64,000 nt of DNA from Octopus sinensis (lineage: Eukaryota): positions 91,698,001-91,762,000 of the forward strand of contig NC_043005.1 in NCBI RefSeq assembly GCF_006345805.1, written 5' to 3'. This document shows positions 63,141-64,000 of this stretch, in pieces. The notes under the pieces are model-generated. The model worked only from the letters and a program-made list of their open reading frames with translations, was not told the origin of the DNA and searched no databases. Made by a program: the position numbers and the translations under genes. The number at the start of each line of letters is the position of its first letter. The first letter of the stretch is position 1.

Positions 63141-64000
63141 GAGGAAGTCTTTTCATAGTCACTCAACTTGTGAGAAATAATAACTAAATCTTCCTCAAAC
63201 AACATCCTCCCATCTTAAAACTAGCAGGACTCGTTGAATAATGTAGTTCTAGATACACACTATCAGGATAAAAGACTGGTTGGTCACAGCTGCAATGTCT
63301 TTGAACATAGAGCTGCTTGACCTAAGGGTAACAATAATGACATGAAATTAAAGGGGTCTTAACTAGTAAACAAAACCATCTCATGGGTCAATTGGATCTC
63401 GTTAAATTGATTCGCAAAATCAGCCTCCTTTAATTTTGCTCAGATTGCTTTCAATTTTAGTGTATTGATGCAACTCTGAATTTTGATTACTAAAGTAACC
63501 AATTACTTTATCTCATAAACTAAAGAATCTGATGTTATTTGGAATTAAAGCTGGGAAAATTTGGGTAATTTTAGCCAATTAACAGACAGTGAGGCATTAA
63601 CAGCTTGTTACCATGACAACTGCATATTGTGTTGTGTTTCACTTCACACTACGAGATTTACTTCACCTGCATGTTTTGTTTTAATAAAAATTTATATTTG
63701 TCATTAGAATTTTATTGTAAATATTTTTCATCAATTGTCTTAATATCATAAATATTTTTCATATATTTTTCATCTATATTTTACATATATTTTGTGAAGT
63801 TTTCTATTCGTTGCAATGAATGTCTTTCAGTTTAACCCCAGGCCAGGCCAGAATGAGCCATTCTGTATTTTTATCGAAGATGTTGGACAGCATTATTTAA
63901 TGTGTCCTTCATTTTTGGGATCTTTTCCTTTTGAACGGCAGTTTTCAACACAATTTCTAGTTAACTAAACACTTTTAAACTTCGTATACTGGTAGAATGT

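Noticed and set aside
56064-64000. Third coding exon (expected SGxWF-type SHD2 motif)
   Set aside because: No acceptor followed by a matching phase-2 frame was found; it probably lies beyond the window.
2841-64000. Remaining short ORFs in the supplied track
   Set aside because: They are microsatellite, SINE or UTR-repeat translations, or antisense frames of TEs, with no coding signal.

Overview
AT-rich, microsatellite- and retroelement-rich animal genomic DNA. The repeat families look like those of an octopod cephalopod (inference from recognition, not a search). One host gene is supported, on the + strand: a synaptotagmin-like/Slp (SYTL4/5-type, Rab27-effector) gene. Its first coding exon (12798-12907, MELSLSVDNLSTAEQHQIWEVLQRDQALQNKQYSKI) splices in frame across a ~42.9 kb intron to a zinc-finger exon (55851-56063); later exons were not found in the window. 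The rest is mostly intronic transposon debris: RTE and CR1-type LINEs, three Penelope-like elements plus solo pLTRs with hammerhead motifs, a truncated Ty3/Gypsy-order LTR element, a mariner relic and several tRNA-derived SINE families. The most unusual object is a 718-bp very AT-rich unit at 34363-35114. It has an exact 34-bp terminal redundancy, a hammerhead-type core, and an Asn-rich antisense ORF whose stop codon sits at the opposite end of the unit. It is also fused to a short CR1-like 3' tail. This is the pattern expected from a reverse-transcribed circular or tandem ribozyme-bearing RNA, but hammerhead stem I could not be found, so the call is a hypothesis. A CpG-retaining island at ~49.1-50.15 kb may be an alternative promoter/first exon. 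Most repeat boundaries are approximate (read by eye).
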